Below are positions 44,013-52,606 of a stretch of 64,000 bases of DNA, one piece after another. The DNA is from Thermoplasmata archaeon (lineage in GTDB: Archaea > Thermoplasmatota > E2 > JACPAO01 > JAHFTW01), in assembly GCA_034667745.1 (NCBI GenBank), contig JAXDQP010000062.1, positions 958 through 64,957 on the forward strand, read 5' to 3'. Each line of letters begins with the position of its first letter. Position 1 is the first letter of the stretch. Position numbers and translations under genes: made by a program. A model generated the notes under the pieces. That model was not told where the DNA came from. It saw nothing but the letters and a program-made list of their open reading frames with translations, and searched no databases.

Positions 44013-44701
44013 TGGCGGCGGCTCCGGCCCGCAAGGGCGGCGCGGGGAACTTCCTGAACATCATCGGCATCGTCGCCGTGTTCTTCGTCCTCTTCAACGC
44101 CGGCCTGCGCAACCAGCTCGGCACCTGGGCCGGCTACGCCCTCGACCCCGCCATCGGCTTCGGCGGGCGCTTCCCCGTCCTCACCATCCTGCTGGCGGGC
44201 GCCATCCTGGTGGCCGCGACGACGGTGCTGCGCCACTTCACCACCGACTGGATCGAGACCGCGCGCACGCAGGCGTTCAGCCGCCACTACCAGAAGGAGA
44301 TGATGGCGGCGCGCAAGGAGAACAACACCTACAAGATCAAGAAGCTCACGGAGGCGCAGCCGGAGATGATGAAGCGCAGCCAGGAGATGAACAGCAAGCA
44401 GCTCAAGACCATGCCCATCACGATGCTGGTCGCGGTGCCGCTGTTCGCCTGGGTCAGCACCTTCCTCGGCCGCCTCGACTACACGTGGTACTCCGCGCCG
44501 TGGAACCCGAGCGTGGACATGTTCACCACCAACGGCATCCTGCCGTTCGGCGCGCACGGCTCCAGCCTGTTCCAGCACTGGATCCTGCTCTACATGACGC
44601 TCAGCATCCCGCTCGGCGCGCTCATCCAGAAGACGATGAAGTACTTCGCCTGGAAGGAGCGCTGGCAGAAGCGGCACCAGCACGGGGCCGCCAGCCCATG
44701 A
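44012..44701 (+). CDS. DUF106-family membrane protein (archaeal YidC/Oxa1-like insertase homolog)
   Basis: ATGA overlap with adk; three TM helices, KKL..AQPEMMK..Q amphipathic region; conserved position between adk and cmk. Confidence 0.7.
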   Translation: MAAAPARKGGAGNFLNIIGIVAVFFVLFNAGLRNQLGTWAGYALDPAIGFGGRFPVLTILLAGAILVAATTVLRHFTTDWIETARTQAFSRHYQKEMMAARKENNTYKIKKLTEAQPEMMKRSQEMNSKQLKTMPITMLVAVPLFAWVSTFLGRLDYTWYSAPWNPSVDMFTTNGILPFGAHGSSLFQHWILLYMTLSIPLGALIQKTMKYFAWKERWQKRHQHGAASP

Positions 44702-45255
44702 GCGGCGCCCACGCCGCCACCGTCACCGTCGGGGGCCTGCCCGGCACCGGCACCAGCACGCTGTGCAAGCTGCTGGAGCAGGAGCTTGGCCTGCCCTACC
44801 ACTACGCGGGCGCCCTGTTCCGCGCGGAGGCGCAGCGCCGCGGCATGAGCCTCGCCGAGTTCGGCGCCCTCAGCCAACGCGACCCCAGCATCGACGAGGC
44901 GCTCGACGACCGCCAGATTGGCCTCCTGCGCAAGGGCGGCATCGTCCTGGAGGGCCGCCTGTCGGGCTGGCTCGCGCACCGCCACAAGATTCCCGCCTTC
45001 AAGGTCTGGGTCACCTGCGAGCCGAAGGAGCGCATCCGCCGCATCGTGCAGCGCGACGGGGGCGACGAGACGGCGCAGCAGGCATCCACGGAGAAACGCG
45101 AGGCCAGCGAGGCGGACCGGTACCGCCGCTACTACGGCGCCGACCTGAACGACCTCGCGCGCTACGACCTCGTGCTGGACTCCACGACGGCGACCCCGCA
45201 GGAGCTGGCCGCGCAGGTCAAGCAGGCCCTCGCGCGGCAGGTGGCCAAGGCGTGA
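44698..45255 (+). CDS. cmk: cytidylate kinase, archaeal type
   Basis: P-loop GLPGTGTST; ATGA overlap with upstream gene. Confidence 0.85.
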   Translation: MSGAHAATVTVGGLPGTGTSTLCKLLEQELGLPYHYAGALFRAEAQRRGMSLAEFGALSQRDPSIDEALDDRQIGLLRKGGIVLEGRLSGWLAHRHKIPAFKVWVTCEPKERIRRIVQRDGGDETAQQASTEKREASEADRYRRYYGADLNDLARYDLVLDSTTATPQELAAQVKQALARQVAKA

Positions 45256-45265
45256 CCGAACTGAA

Positions 45266-45349
45266 ACAGGGATTCCGGGGATTTCGGGGACGCTCGTCCA
45301 CCTGCCTAGAGAGAGGCGCCAAGCTCCCCGAAATCCCCGGAATCCCTGT
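45266..45349. repeat. MITE-like palindromic element, type B (copy B2, 84 bp), perfect 25-bp inverted repeats ACAGGGATTCCGGGGATTTCGGGGA
   Basis: Arms 45266-45290 and 45325-45349 are exact reverse complements; the two 10-mers are in swapped order relative to B1. Confidence 0.85.
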
Positions 45350-45367
45350 TTCGTCGGGGGTCAGGGC

Positions 45368-46393
45368 GTGAGCGCCATGCCCCCCGGTCCCGTCCGCTCG
45401 GGGATGCTCCCGGCCGAGCGCCCGCGCAAGCGCCTCGTCCGGATGGCCGCCGAGACCGACGACAAGTACGGCAAGCGCCCCGAGGACCGCACCATGGCCG
45501 AACTCATGGCCGCAGGGGTCGTCCCGCTCGACAAGCCCGCAGGCCCCACGAGCCACCAGGTCGCGGCCTGGATGAAGGGCGTCCTGGAGGTCGAGGAGGT
45601 CGGCCACGGCGGCACGCTCGACCCCAACGTGACGGGCGCGCTGCCGGTGACCATCAACGGCGCCGTCAAGTCCGTCGGCGCTCTCCTGTCGGCCGGCAAG
45701 GAGTACGTCAGCCTGCTGCGCCTGCACGAGCCGCGCCCCGAGTCGGAGGTGCGCCGCGTCGCCGCCCAGTTCGTCGGGAAGATCAACCAGACGCCGCCCG
45801 TGCGCTCCGCCGTCGCGCGCAAGCCCCGCATCCGGCGCGTGTACTACCTCGACGTCCTGGAGTGCACCGAGCGCGACGTCCTGTTCCGCGTCGGCTGCCA
45901 GGCGGGCACCTACATCCGCAACCTCTGCGTGGACATGGGCCGCTCGCTCGGGACGCGGGGCCACATGCAGGAGCTGCGCCGCACCCGCACCGGCCTCTTC
46001 ACCGAGCAGGACCTCGTGACGCTGCACGACTGCCTCGACGCGCGCATCTTCTGGCAGCAGGACCCCAGCGACGAGGTCGCCCTGCGCCGCTGCGTGAAGC
46101 CCGTCGAGGCCGTCACGGCGCACCTCAACAGCATCACCCTGCGCGACTCCGCGGTGGACGCCGTCTGCCACGGCGCGCCGCTCGCGGTCATCGGCGTGGC
46201 CAGCCTGGACGCCGGCATCGAGGCGGGCGAGCCCGTCGCGCTCCTGAGCCTCAAGGGCGAACTGGTCGCGCTGGCGGAGGCCAAGATGACGAGCCGGCAG
46301 GTGCTGGACGAGGAGAAGGGCATCGCCGCCACGCCCAGCCGCGTCGTGCTGCGCAAGGGCACCTACCCGCGCACCTGGAAGAGCAAGGAGTAG
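45368..46393 (+). CDS. cbf5: tRNA/rRNA pseudouridine synthase Cbf5 (TruB family, with PUA domain)
   Basis: Catalytic GTLDP motif (HGGTLDPNVTG), C-terminal PUA-like region. Confidence 0.9.
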   Translation: MSAMPPGPVRSGMLPAERPRKRLVRMAAETDDKYGKRPEDRTMAELMAAGVVPLDKPAGPTSHQVAAWMKGVLEVEEVGHGGTLDPNVTGALPVTINGAVKSVGALLSAGKEYVSLLRLHEPRPESEVRRVAAQFVGKINQTPPVRSAVARKPRIRRVYYLDVLECTERDVLFRVGCQAGTYIRNLCVDMGRSLGTRGHMQELRRTRTGLFTEQDLVTLHDCLDARIFWQQDPSDEVALRRCVKPVEAVTAHLNSITLRDSAVDAVCHGAPLAVIGVASLDAGIEAGEPVALLSLKGELVALAEAKMTSRQVLDEEKGIAATPSRVVLRKGTYPRTWKSKE

Positions 46394-46400
46394 GCGCGCC

Positions 46401-47336
46401 GTGCTGGACTACGCCCAGGAGCACCTCGCGGCCTGGACGTTGGCGCTGCTCGCGGGCGCCGCCTGCCGCGTCACGGGCCGCTCCGGCTGGCGCGCCGTGG
46501 GCTTCGGCCTGATGACCGTCCCGCTGTGGCTGACGCTGCTCGGCATCCTCGCGTCCCTCGCGCCGCTGCTGCAGGGCGGCACCGTCCTGGGCGCGGCGAG
46601 CACCTTCGACCTGTCGAACCAGGCCATCTCCGCCATCCTCCGGAACATCGGCTATCTTGGCGCCGGGTTCATCCTGTGGGCGACGGAGGGCGACTGGCGG
46701 CGCGCCGACCTGCGGCCGCTGGCACGCGAGCTTGGCCAGATTGTGCCGACGTGGCGCACGGAGGGACGGTCCGCCGCCGTGGGCGCGGCGCTCATCCCGC
46801 TCCTGCTGCTGGGCAACTACATCGTCGTCCGGCTGACGAGCAACGTCCCGCAGATCAACAACGGCGACGACTCGCTCTACTTCACCAACATGACCCTCTA
46901 CCACGCGCTGCTCCTGAGCGCGGCGGCGGCGCTGGGGGAGGAGCTGCTGTTCCGGGGCCTCCTGCAGGGGCTCCTGCTCCATGGGATGCGCGGCCTCGGG
47001 CGCTGGCCCAGCGTCCTGCTCGCCATCGTGGGGCAGGCCCTCGTCTTCGGCTTCGCGCACGCCGGGTACGGCAACTTCGCGCACGTGCTGTTCCCCGCCT
47101 TGTTCGGCCTGCTGGCGGGGGCCTTGGCGCTGCGCTTCGGGCTGTGGAGCGCCATCGCGCTGCACTTCCTGGCGGACTTCTACATCTTCGGGCTGGAGGC
47201 CGGCAGCCGCTCGGCGTGGGTGCTGAACCTCGTCAACGGCGTCGCGTTCGCCAACCTGGCCCTCGCCATCGTCCTCGCCGTCGTTCCCCCCGTCCAATGG
47301 GTGCGCAGGTGGCTTGCGCGCAGGGCTTTGGGATGA
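46401..47336 (+). CDS. CPBP-family (CAAX protease / Abi) intramembrane metalloprotease
   Basis: EELLFRG motif, FGFAHAGY and HFLADF conserved His motifs, multi-TM. Confidence 0.8.
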   Translation: MLDYAQEHLAAWTLALLAGAACRVTGRSGWRAVGFGLMTVPLWLTLLGILASLAPLLQGGTVLGAASTFDLSNQAISAILRNIGYLGAGFILWATEGDWRRADLRPLARELGQIVPTWRTEGRSAAVGAALIPLLLLGNYIVVRLTSNVPQINNGDDSLYFTNMTLYHALLLSAAAALGEELLFRGLLQGLLLHGMRGLGRWPSVLLAIVGQALVFGFAHAGYGNFAHVLFPALFGLLAGALALRFGLWSAIALHFLADFYIFGLEAGSRSAWVLNLVNGVAFANLALAIVLAVVPPVQWVRRWLARRALG

Positions 47337-47453
47337 GCGCCGAGGGTCGTTGGGCGCGCAGCAGCGCGGCCGACGCCGAGCGAAGCGAGGGGACCTCGAA
47401 GCTCCACCTCCGCCGCGACGCACGCGCGGCGCGTGCGTCGCTGGCGGATGGAG

Positions 47454-47539
47454 CGCCGAGGGTGAGATTTGAACTCACGCGGGAGTTTCCCCCCACAAGC
47501 TTTCCAGGCTTGCGCCTTACCGGTCTAGACTACCTCGGC
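47454..47539 (-). tRNA. tRNA-Ser (anticodon GGA), class II with long variable arm
   Basis: Manual cloverleaf: acceptor GCCGAGG/CCTCGGC, anticodon stem CAAGC/GCTTG with loop CTGGAAA, 17-nt variable arm, T-arm GTGAG-TTCAAAT-CTCAC; 86 nt. Confidence 0.8.
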
Positions 47540-47618
47540 AACGGATGGCCAGGGGAGCGCCCCCGGACGCCGCGCGCACACCGCCCGGCTATTTAACGGG
47601 AAAGGGAGTCGGCGCGGC

Positions 47619-48299
47619 GTGGCTTGGCTCTGGCAGGCGATGCGGCCGTGGTCGATGCCCATCCTGCGCGCCGTCTTCCGCATCCGCGTGGAGGGGCGCA
47701 GGCACATCCCGAAGAAGGGCGCGGCCATCCTGGCCAGCAACCACCTGTCGGCGCTCGACCACGTCGTTCTGCCGGCGGTGACGCGGCGCACCATCATCAA
47801 CATCAGCAAGGCAGAGCACTTCGACAAGCCGTTCAAGGCGTGGTTCTTCCGCAACTGGGGCGTCATCCGCCTAGTGCGCGGCAGCGGCGACCAGGTGGCG
47901 CTGGAGGCGGCGAAGAAGGCGCTGCGCGAGGGCAACCTGTTCGCCATCTACCCCGAGGGCACGCGCAGCCTCGACGGCAAACTGCACAAGGGCCACACCG
48001 GCGTCGCGCGCCTCGCGCTGGAGCTGAAGGTCCCCGTCATCCCGGTCGCGATGGTCGGCACGTTCGAGGCTAAGCCGAAGGGCGGCAAGACGAAGTATTT
48101 CTCCAAGACGGCCGCCATCGTTGGCCCGCCGCTCGACTTCTCCGCCCACTGGGGCAAGCAGAACGACAAGGAGGTGTGCCGCAAGGTCACCGACGAGGTC
48201 ATGCGCGCCCTCCAGAAGCTTTCGGGGCAGGAGTACGTGGACGAGTACCAGCACAACCCTGCGGTCCCGAGCCACGCGGCGCCCGCCAAGGCGAAGTGA
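47619..48299 (+). CDS. plsC: 1-acyl-sn-glycerol-3-phosphate acyltransferase (PlsC/LPLAT family)
   Basis: HxxxxD motif NHLSALD, EGTR motif, 226 aa. Confidence 0.8.
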   Translation: MAWLWQAMRPWSMPILRAVFRIRVEGRRHIPKKGAAILASNHLSALDHVVLPAVTRRTIINISKAEHFDKPFKAWFFRNWGVIRLVRGSGDQVALEAAKKALREGNLFAIYPEGTRSLDGKLHKGHTGVARLALELKVPVIPVAMVGTFEAKPKGGKTKYFSKTAAIVGPPLDFSAHWGKQNDKEVCRKVTDEVMRALQKLSGQEYVDEYQHNPAVPSHAAPAKAK

Positions 48300-48647
48300 A
48301 TGGCCGTTACGTTCTGGGGCCGCCGGGGCGACCCGGAAACCTTGGACGCGCTGGCGTTCCTGCGGCAGCAGCGCTACGGCGCCGACCGGGTGCTGGACCT
48401 CGACCGCACGCCGCCGACCGCCGCCGAGATGGAGTTGCTTCGCAAAGGCCTGGGCGACCTGCGCGCCGCCGTGGACCCGAAGCATCCTGACGCGGCCGCC
48501 CCTCCCGACGAGGCCTTGCCCGCGTGGCTCGCCGCCGACCCGCGCCGCATCCGCTCGCCGCTGCTGCTGACGCCCAAGGGCGCCCTGGCCGGCTTCCGTG
48601 AGCAGAAGTGGCGCGCCTTCCTGGACATCGGCAAGGGCCGCTCCTAG
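48300..48647 (+). CDS. ArsC/Spx-like thioredoxin-fold protein (no catalytic Cys seen)
   Basis: 115 aa; family-like length and spacing; weak. Confidence 0.4.
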   Translation: MAVTFWGRRGDPETLDALAFLRQQRYGADRVLDLDRTPPTAAEMELLRKGLGDLRAAVDPKHPDAAAPPDEALPAWLAADPRRIRSPLLLTPKGALAGFREQKWRAFLDIGKGRS

Positions 48648-48648
48648 C

Positions 48649-49695
48649 CTACGTCGTCCCCAGGATATAGATGAGGATGAGGTCGAGGACGAAGAGGGCC
48701 ACGACCATCGCCTCCAGGAACGTCGAGCGGCGGTGGTGCGTCTCCTCCTCCGCCAACTGGAACATGTCCTCCAAGGTCCCCATCTTGCCCGCGACGGCGC
48801 GCTCCCAACTGTCGAGGTGGAACGCGGCACGCAGGTGGCCGTGCAGCTTGGCGAGGTACCAGTCGCCGAACATCTTGCCGGTGTCGTGCAGGTTGTCCGT
48901 CAGGCGCGCGAAGTCGACCCGCAGCGCCGACATCCCCTTCAGCGTCGAGCGGGCGGAGCGGAAGATGCCGCCGCGCGCCCACAGCCGGTCGAGGCTCAGG
49001 AACGCCTTGTCGAGCTGCTGGTCGAGGTAGGCGTCGTAGGTGCGGAACTCCAGCAGCTCCAGGTTCGCGAGCTCCATCACGTCGAGGGCGTCCTCGTAGC
49101 TTCCCTCGCGCCCCACCAGGACCGCGTTGTCCCACCCGATGATGGCGGCGTCGTTGTGGTAGTAGCGGAAGGTGTGCTTGAGCGCGGTGTCCACGATGGC
49201 GTCGCTGAGGCTTCCCTCGGGCTCGCCCGCGACGAGGGCCGCCAGCGCGGGGCGGTGCGTCCGGAGCAGCTCATCGGGCGGCGGCGCCTCCGACAGGCAG
49301 TAGACCGTGTAGCGCTCCGGCTCGATCTCCACCGGGTAGGGCTCGACGCGGGCGTCCTGCAGCCCGGCGCGCACCTTGCCGAACCACGCAAGGGCAGACT
49401 CCTCCAGCGACTTCCCGTCGATGCGGAGCGCGTGCGGCAGCGCGGCCAGGCCCGCCCAGTCGGTCTCGGGGACGAGGATGCGCAGCCGCAGGGCGACCAC
49501 GCCCACCTGGTGTACCCGCACCTCGACGCGGCAGCCCGGCTCGTCGAAGGCGACCTCCAGCGGCTCGGGGAAGCTGGCGTAGGGTGGCGCGGCGGAGCGC
49601 GTCACGAGCGGCGCGGGCGCGGGGGCGCGGCCCAGGAGGGAGGGGATGCGGGAGAGGTCCAGCTCGGAGCCGGCGTCGAACAGGGTGAAGTGCAC
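48649..49695 (-). CDS. DUF155/RMD1-like protein with C-terminal TM helix
   Basis: Coding part judged to begin at the GTG at 49695 (VHFTLFDAGSELDLS..); C-terminal hydrophobic FLEAMVVALFVLDLILIYILG; upstream part of the track ORF is antisense to nfo. Confidence 0.5.
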   Translation of the reverse strand: MHFTLFDAGSELDLSRIPSLLGRAPAPAPLVTRSAAPPYASFPEPLEVAFDEPGCRVEVRVHQVGVVALRLRILVPETDWAGLAALPHALRIDGKSLEESALAWFGKVRAGLQDARVEPYPVEIEPERYTVYCLSEAPPPDELLRTHRPALAALVAGEPEGSLSDAIVDTALKHTFRYYHNDAAIIGWDNAVLVGREGSYEDALDVMELANLELLEFRTYDAYLDQQLDKAFLSLDRLWARGGIFRSARSTLKGMSALRVDFARLTDNLHDTGKMFGDWYLAKLHGHLRAAFHLDSWERAVAGKMGTLEDMFQLAEEETHHRRSTFLEAMVVALFVLDLILIYILGTT

Positions 49696-49788
49696 CAGTT
49701 CGCCGCGCACGGGGGCGGGATGGGCGGGCGTGCCATCAAGGCATGGGTCGCCACATGCGCTTTGTAGGGCAGCGGGGCTGGCGGCGCG

Positions 49789-50652
49789 ATGATGCGCATC
49801 GGCGCCCACAACTCGATTGCCGGCGGGATGCACAACGCCGTCGCGGAGTGCCTCTCTATCGGCGGCGACGCGATGCAGGTCTTCTGCAAGAACCAGCGCC
49901 AGTGGACGGCCAAGCCGCTCGCGCCCGAGGACGTCAAGCTGTTCAAGGACGCCGTCGCCGCCGCCAAGATCGGCCCCGTCATGGTGCACGACTCCTACCT
50001 CATCAACATGGCCCACCCCGACCCCGCCAAGCGCGAGGCGAGCCGCCTGGCGTTCCTGCACGAGCTGGAGCGCACCGAGGCGCTGGGCATCCAGTACCTC
50101 AACTTCCACCCCGGCAGCCACGTGCACGAGGACAAGAAGATGCGCGACGACCGGGCCCACCGCGACACCTGCCTCGACAACCTCGCGGCGGCGATGGCGC
50201 AGTGCATCGACGAGACCAAGGGCTACAAGGCCAAGCTGGTCATCGAGAACGCGGCGGGCCAGGGCACCAACGTCGGCAACTCCTGGGAGGAGATTGGCCG
50301 CCTCGTGGACGCCGTGGCCAGCCCCCGCGTCGGCGTCACCGTGGACACGCAGCACTCGTGGGCGTGCGGCTACGACTGGCGCGACCACTACGACGAGTGC
50401 TGGGACGGCTTCGACTCCGCCATCGGCCTGAAGTGGCTCGTCGCGTTCCACCTCAACGACTCCAAGCAGCCGTGCGGCGCCCGCGTGGACCGCCACGACA
50501 CCGTCGGCGAGGGCCTGCTGGGCCTGGAGTTCTTCCGCACCCTGGTCAACGACCGGCGCTTCGACGACCGCGTCGGCTACCTGGAGACGCCGGAGGGGCC
50601 GGACTCCTGGCGCAAGGAGATTGCCCTGCTGCGCTCCCTCCGCGCGGCCTGA
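49789..50652 (+). CDS. nfo: endonuclease IV (AP endonuclease, TIM-barrel xylose-isomerase-like)
   Basis: 287 aa; metal-binding His/Asp/Glu pattern (HDSYLIN, NFHPGSH, ENAAGQG, HLNDS). Confidence 0.9.
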   Translation: MMRIGAHNSIAGGMHNAVAECLSIGGDAMQVFCKNQRQWTAKPLAPEDVKLFKDAVAAAKIGPVMVHDSYLINMAHPDPAKREASRLAFLHELERTEALGIQYLNFHPGSHVHEDKKMRDDRAHRDTCLDNLAAAMAQCIDETKGYKAKLVIENAAGQGTNVGNSWEEIGRLVDAVASPRVGVTVDTQHSWACGYDWRDHYDECWDGFDSAIGLKWLVAFHLNDSKQPCGARVDRHDTVGEGLLGLEFFRTLVNDRRFDDRVGYLETPEGPDSWRKEIALLRSLRAA

Positions 50653-50704
50653 CGCAGGCTCCCGGTCTGCGCGAGTGGGCCGCACCAGTCCGTCCCACAG
50701 CGCA

Positions 50705-51065
50705 CATGAAGACCCTTGGGTGCCAATCCACGGCCATGTCCCCCCAAGGCGACAAGTCCTCCTACACGTCGAAGCAGAAGCGCCAGGCCCGCCACATCGA
50801 GCAGTCGGTGAAGAAGCGCGGCGGGTCGTCCAAGAAGGCGGCCCGCATCGCCTACGCCACCGTCAACAAGCAGGACGGCGGCGGCAAGAAGTCGGGCGCC
50901 GGCCGCGGCAAGCGCCGCAGCACCGCCTCGTCGCGCAAGGGGGGCCGCAAGGGCGGCAAGGCGGCCAGCCGCAAGGCCTCGGGCCGCAGCACCCGCTCCA
51001 CCCGCACCTCGCGCTCGAGCCGCACCACCCGGCCGGCGCGCTCCAAGTCGTCCCGCTCGCGCTAG
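50705..51065 (+). CDS. highly basic Ser/Arg/Lys-rich low-complexity protein (~120 aa)
   Basis: ..KSSYTSKQKRQARHIEQSVKKRGGSSKKAARIAYATVNKQDGGGKKSG.. then an SR/K-rich tail; start ATG 50705 or 50735. Confidence 0.5.
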
Positions 51066-51108
51066 GCGTCCCTGAAGCCCCTAATGCCCCGGCGGCCAAG
51101 CGCTGCCC

Positions 51109-51465
51109 ATGGCAACCACCCGCAGGCTGTCCACCGCCAGCCGCAAGAAGAGCTCCCGCACCCCCTCGCGCAGCGCCCGCGGCACCCGCCCGGCGCGCCG
51201 CACCGCCAAGAGCGTCGGCAAGGGCAAGACGGCCAAGCGCGGCAACACGCGCCCGTCCCGCAAGAGCGCCAGCCGCAAGGCCTCCACGCGCCGTTCCCGC
51301 CCCGCCCAGCGCGAGCAGCTTGAGTTCATCGAGCTGCCCGCCTCCGGCTCCTCGGGGTCGTCGTGGGAGCCCGACTCCTACACCCCCAAGGCCGAGCTGG
51401 CGCCGGTCAAGGAGGAGCGCAAGGAGAGCAAGGGCTTCTTCGGCAGCCTCTTCGGCGGCCGGTAG
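51109..51465 (+). CDS. second basic Ser/Arg/Lys/Thr-rich low-complexity protein, 118 aa
   Basis: MATTRRLSTASRKKSSRTPSRSARGTRPARR..; C-terminal acidic/hydrophobic end ..KGFFGSLFGGR. Confidence 0.5.
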   Translation: MATTRRLSTASRKKSSRTPSRSARGTRPARRTAKSVGKGKTAKRGNTRPSRKSASRKASTRRSRPAQREQLEFIELPASGSSGSSWEPDSYTPKAELAPVKEERKESKGFFGSLFGGR

Positions 51466-51466
51466 C

Positions 51467-51934
51467 CTAAGCGTCGAACTTGACGCCCTGCTGGATGACC
51501 AACACGGTCAGAGCCGGCTCCGCCGTCGCGTTTGCGTAGATGGGAGAGGGCTCACCGCGCGCCCCCGGGCCGGGCGTGAGCGTGACCGCCAGCGTGCAGG
51601 TCTGCGTCCCGCCGACGGCGACCGTGGATGGACCCCAGACAGTGGCGTCCAATCCCGCGCGCAGCGCCCACGCGATGCCGACCTTCGTTCCCGCGGGCGC
51701 GCCGCGCGCGTCGAGATCGAACAGGGCCACCGAGGGCGCGGCCGGGTCCAGGTCAAGCCAACTGTGGCGCTCGCGTCCGTGCGCGAAGCCGTAGGTGTTG
51801 TTCACGCGCAGCACCAGGACCGCGTCGTGCGGCTCGTCGCCGTCGAGGGCATGGCACGCCACGCGCGGGTCGCTGGGGAGGGACGGGGCGGCGCAGCCTG
51901 CCAGCAGCAGCGCAAGCGCCGCCGCGCGCAGCAC
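51467..51934 (-). CDS. small lipoprotein (~155 aa), GTG start
   Basis: Lipobox LLLAGC near N-terminus after GTG at 51934 with upstream GGAG; longer track ORF N-terminus looks spurious. Confidence 0.4.
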   Translation of the reverse strand: MLRAAALALLLAGCAAPSLPSDPRVACHALDGDEPHDAVLVLRVNNTYGFAHGRERHSWLDLDPAAPSVALFDLDARGAPAGTKVGIAWALRAGLDATVWGPSTVAVGGTQTCTLAVTLTPGPGARGEPSPIYANATAEPALTVLVIQQGVKFDA

Positions 51935-51936
51935 GC

Positions 51937-52560
51937 CTACTCCTTCGGCTTCGTGGAGAGTTCGGCGAACGCCATCTTCCCGCTGAGGCGGTTGACCTTC
52001 GCCCACACGGTCTGGCCGACCTGGCCGCCGGGCACGATGAAGAAGTAGCCCTCGTAGGCGCCCTTGCCCTCGCCGCGCTGGCCGGGCTGCGTCAGGCGCA
52101 CCTCGTAGACGCCGCCCTCCTTGACGGCGGCCTCCTGGCGGCGCGCCTTGCGGGCCTTGATGGGGGTGTGCGCGCCGCACGCCTCGCAGCGCAGGATGGT
52201 GACGCGGCCGTCCTTCTCCAGGTGGGTGTCGGGGGCGCCGCACTCGACGCAGCGCACGTAGGTCTCGACGTAGTCCTCCAGCACGGCGCGCATCTTGCTC
52301 TCCGGCACCTTGCCGGTGAAGACGAGGCGGTCGCCGTCGACGCTGCCGGCCGTGCCGATCTGCGACAGCAGGAACTTGGCCATGTGGTCCTGGTCGCGGC
52401 GGGTCGCCGTCAGCATCTCCTTGAAGTTGCGCAGGAGGGTCATGCGGCCCTCGGGGATGACCTCGGGGCGGGGCAGCGCCCAGCGGTCCTTGTTGCCGAC
52501 GTTCTCCGGGAGCGTCGAGCGGGCCTTCTTCAGGAGCGCGAGGTAGTCGTTCTGGTCCAT
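51937..52560 (-). CDS. translation initiation factor aIF2 beta subunit with C-terminal TRAM-like domain extension
   Basis: aIF2-beta core (YLALLKKA.., C4 zinc finger CVECG..CEACGA) then ~60 aa ..GGVYEVRLTQPGQRGEGKGAYEGYFFIVPGGQVGQTVWAKVNRLSGKMAFAEL resembling a TRAM domain. Confidence 0.75.
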   Translation of the reverse strand: MDQNDYLALLKKARSTLPENVGNKDRWALPRPEVIPEGRMTLLRNFKEMLTATRRDQDHMAKFLLSQIGTAGSVDGDRLVFTGKVPESKMRAVLEDYVETYVRCVECGAPDTHLEKDGRVTILRCEACGAHTPIKARKARRQEAAVKEGGVYEVRLTQPGQRGEGKGAYEGYFFIVPGGQVGQTVWAKVNRLSGKMAFAELSTKPKE

Positions 52561-52606
52561 GCCGTGCGGACAGGACGCATCCCTATAAGGTGCGGGGTTG
52601 GCGTCT

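Noticed and set aside
48649-50685. 678-aa minus-strand ORF
   Set aside because: 5' two-thirds is antisense to nfo; only the 3' part from the GTG at 49695 encodes the DUF155-like protein.
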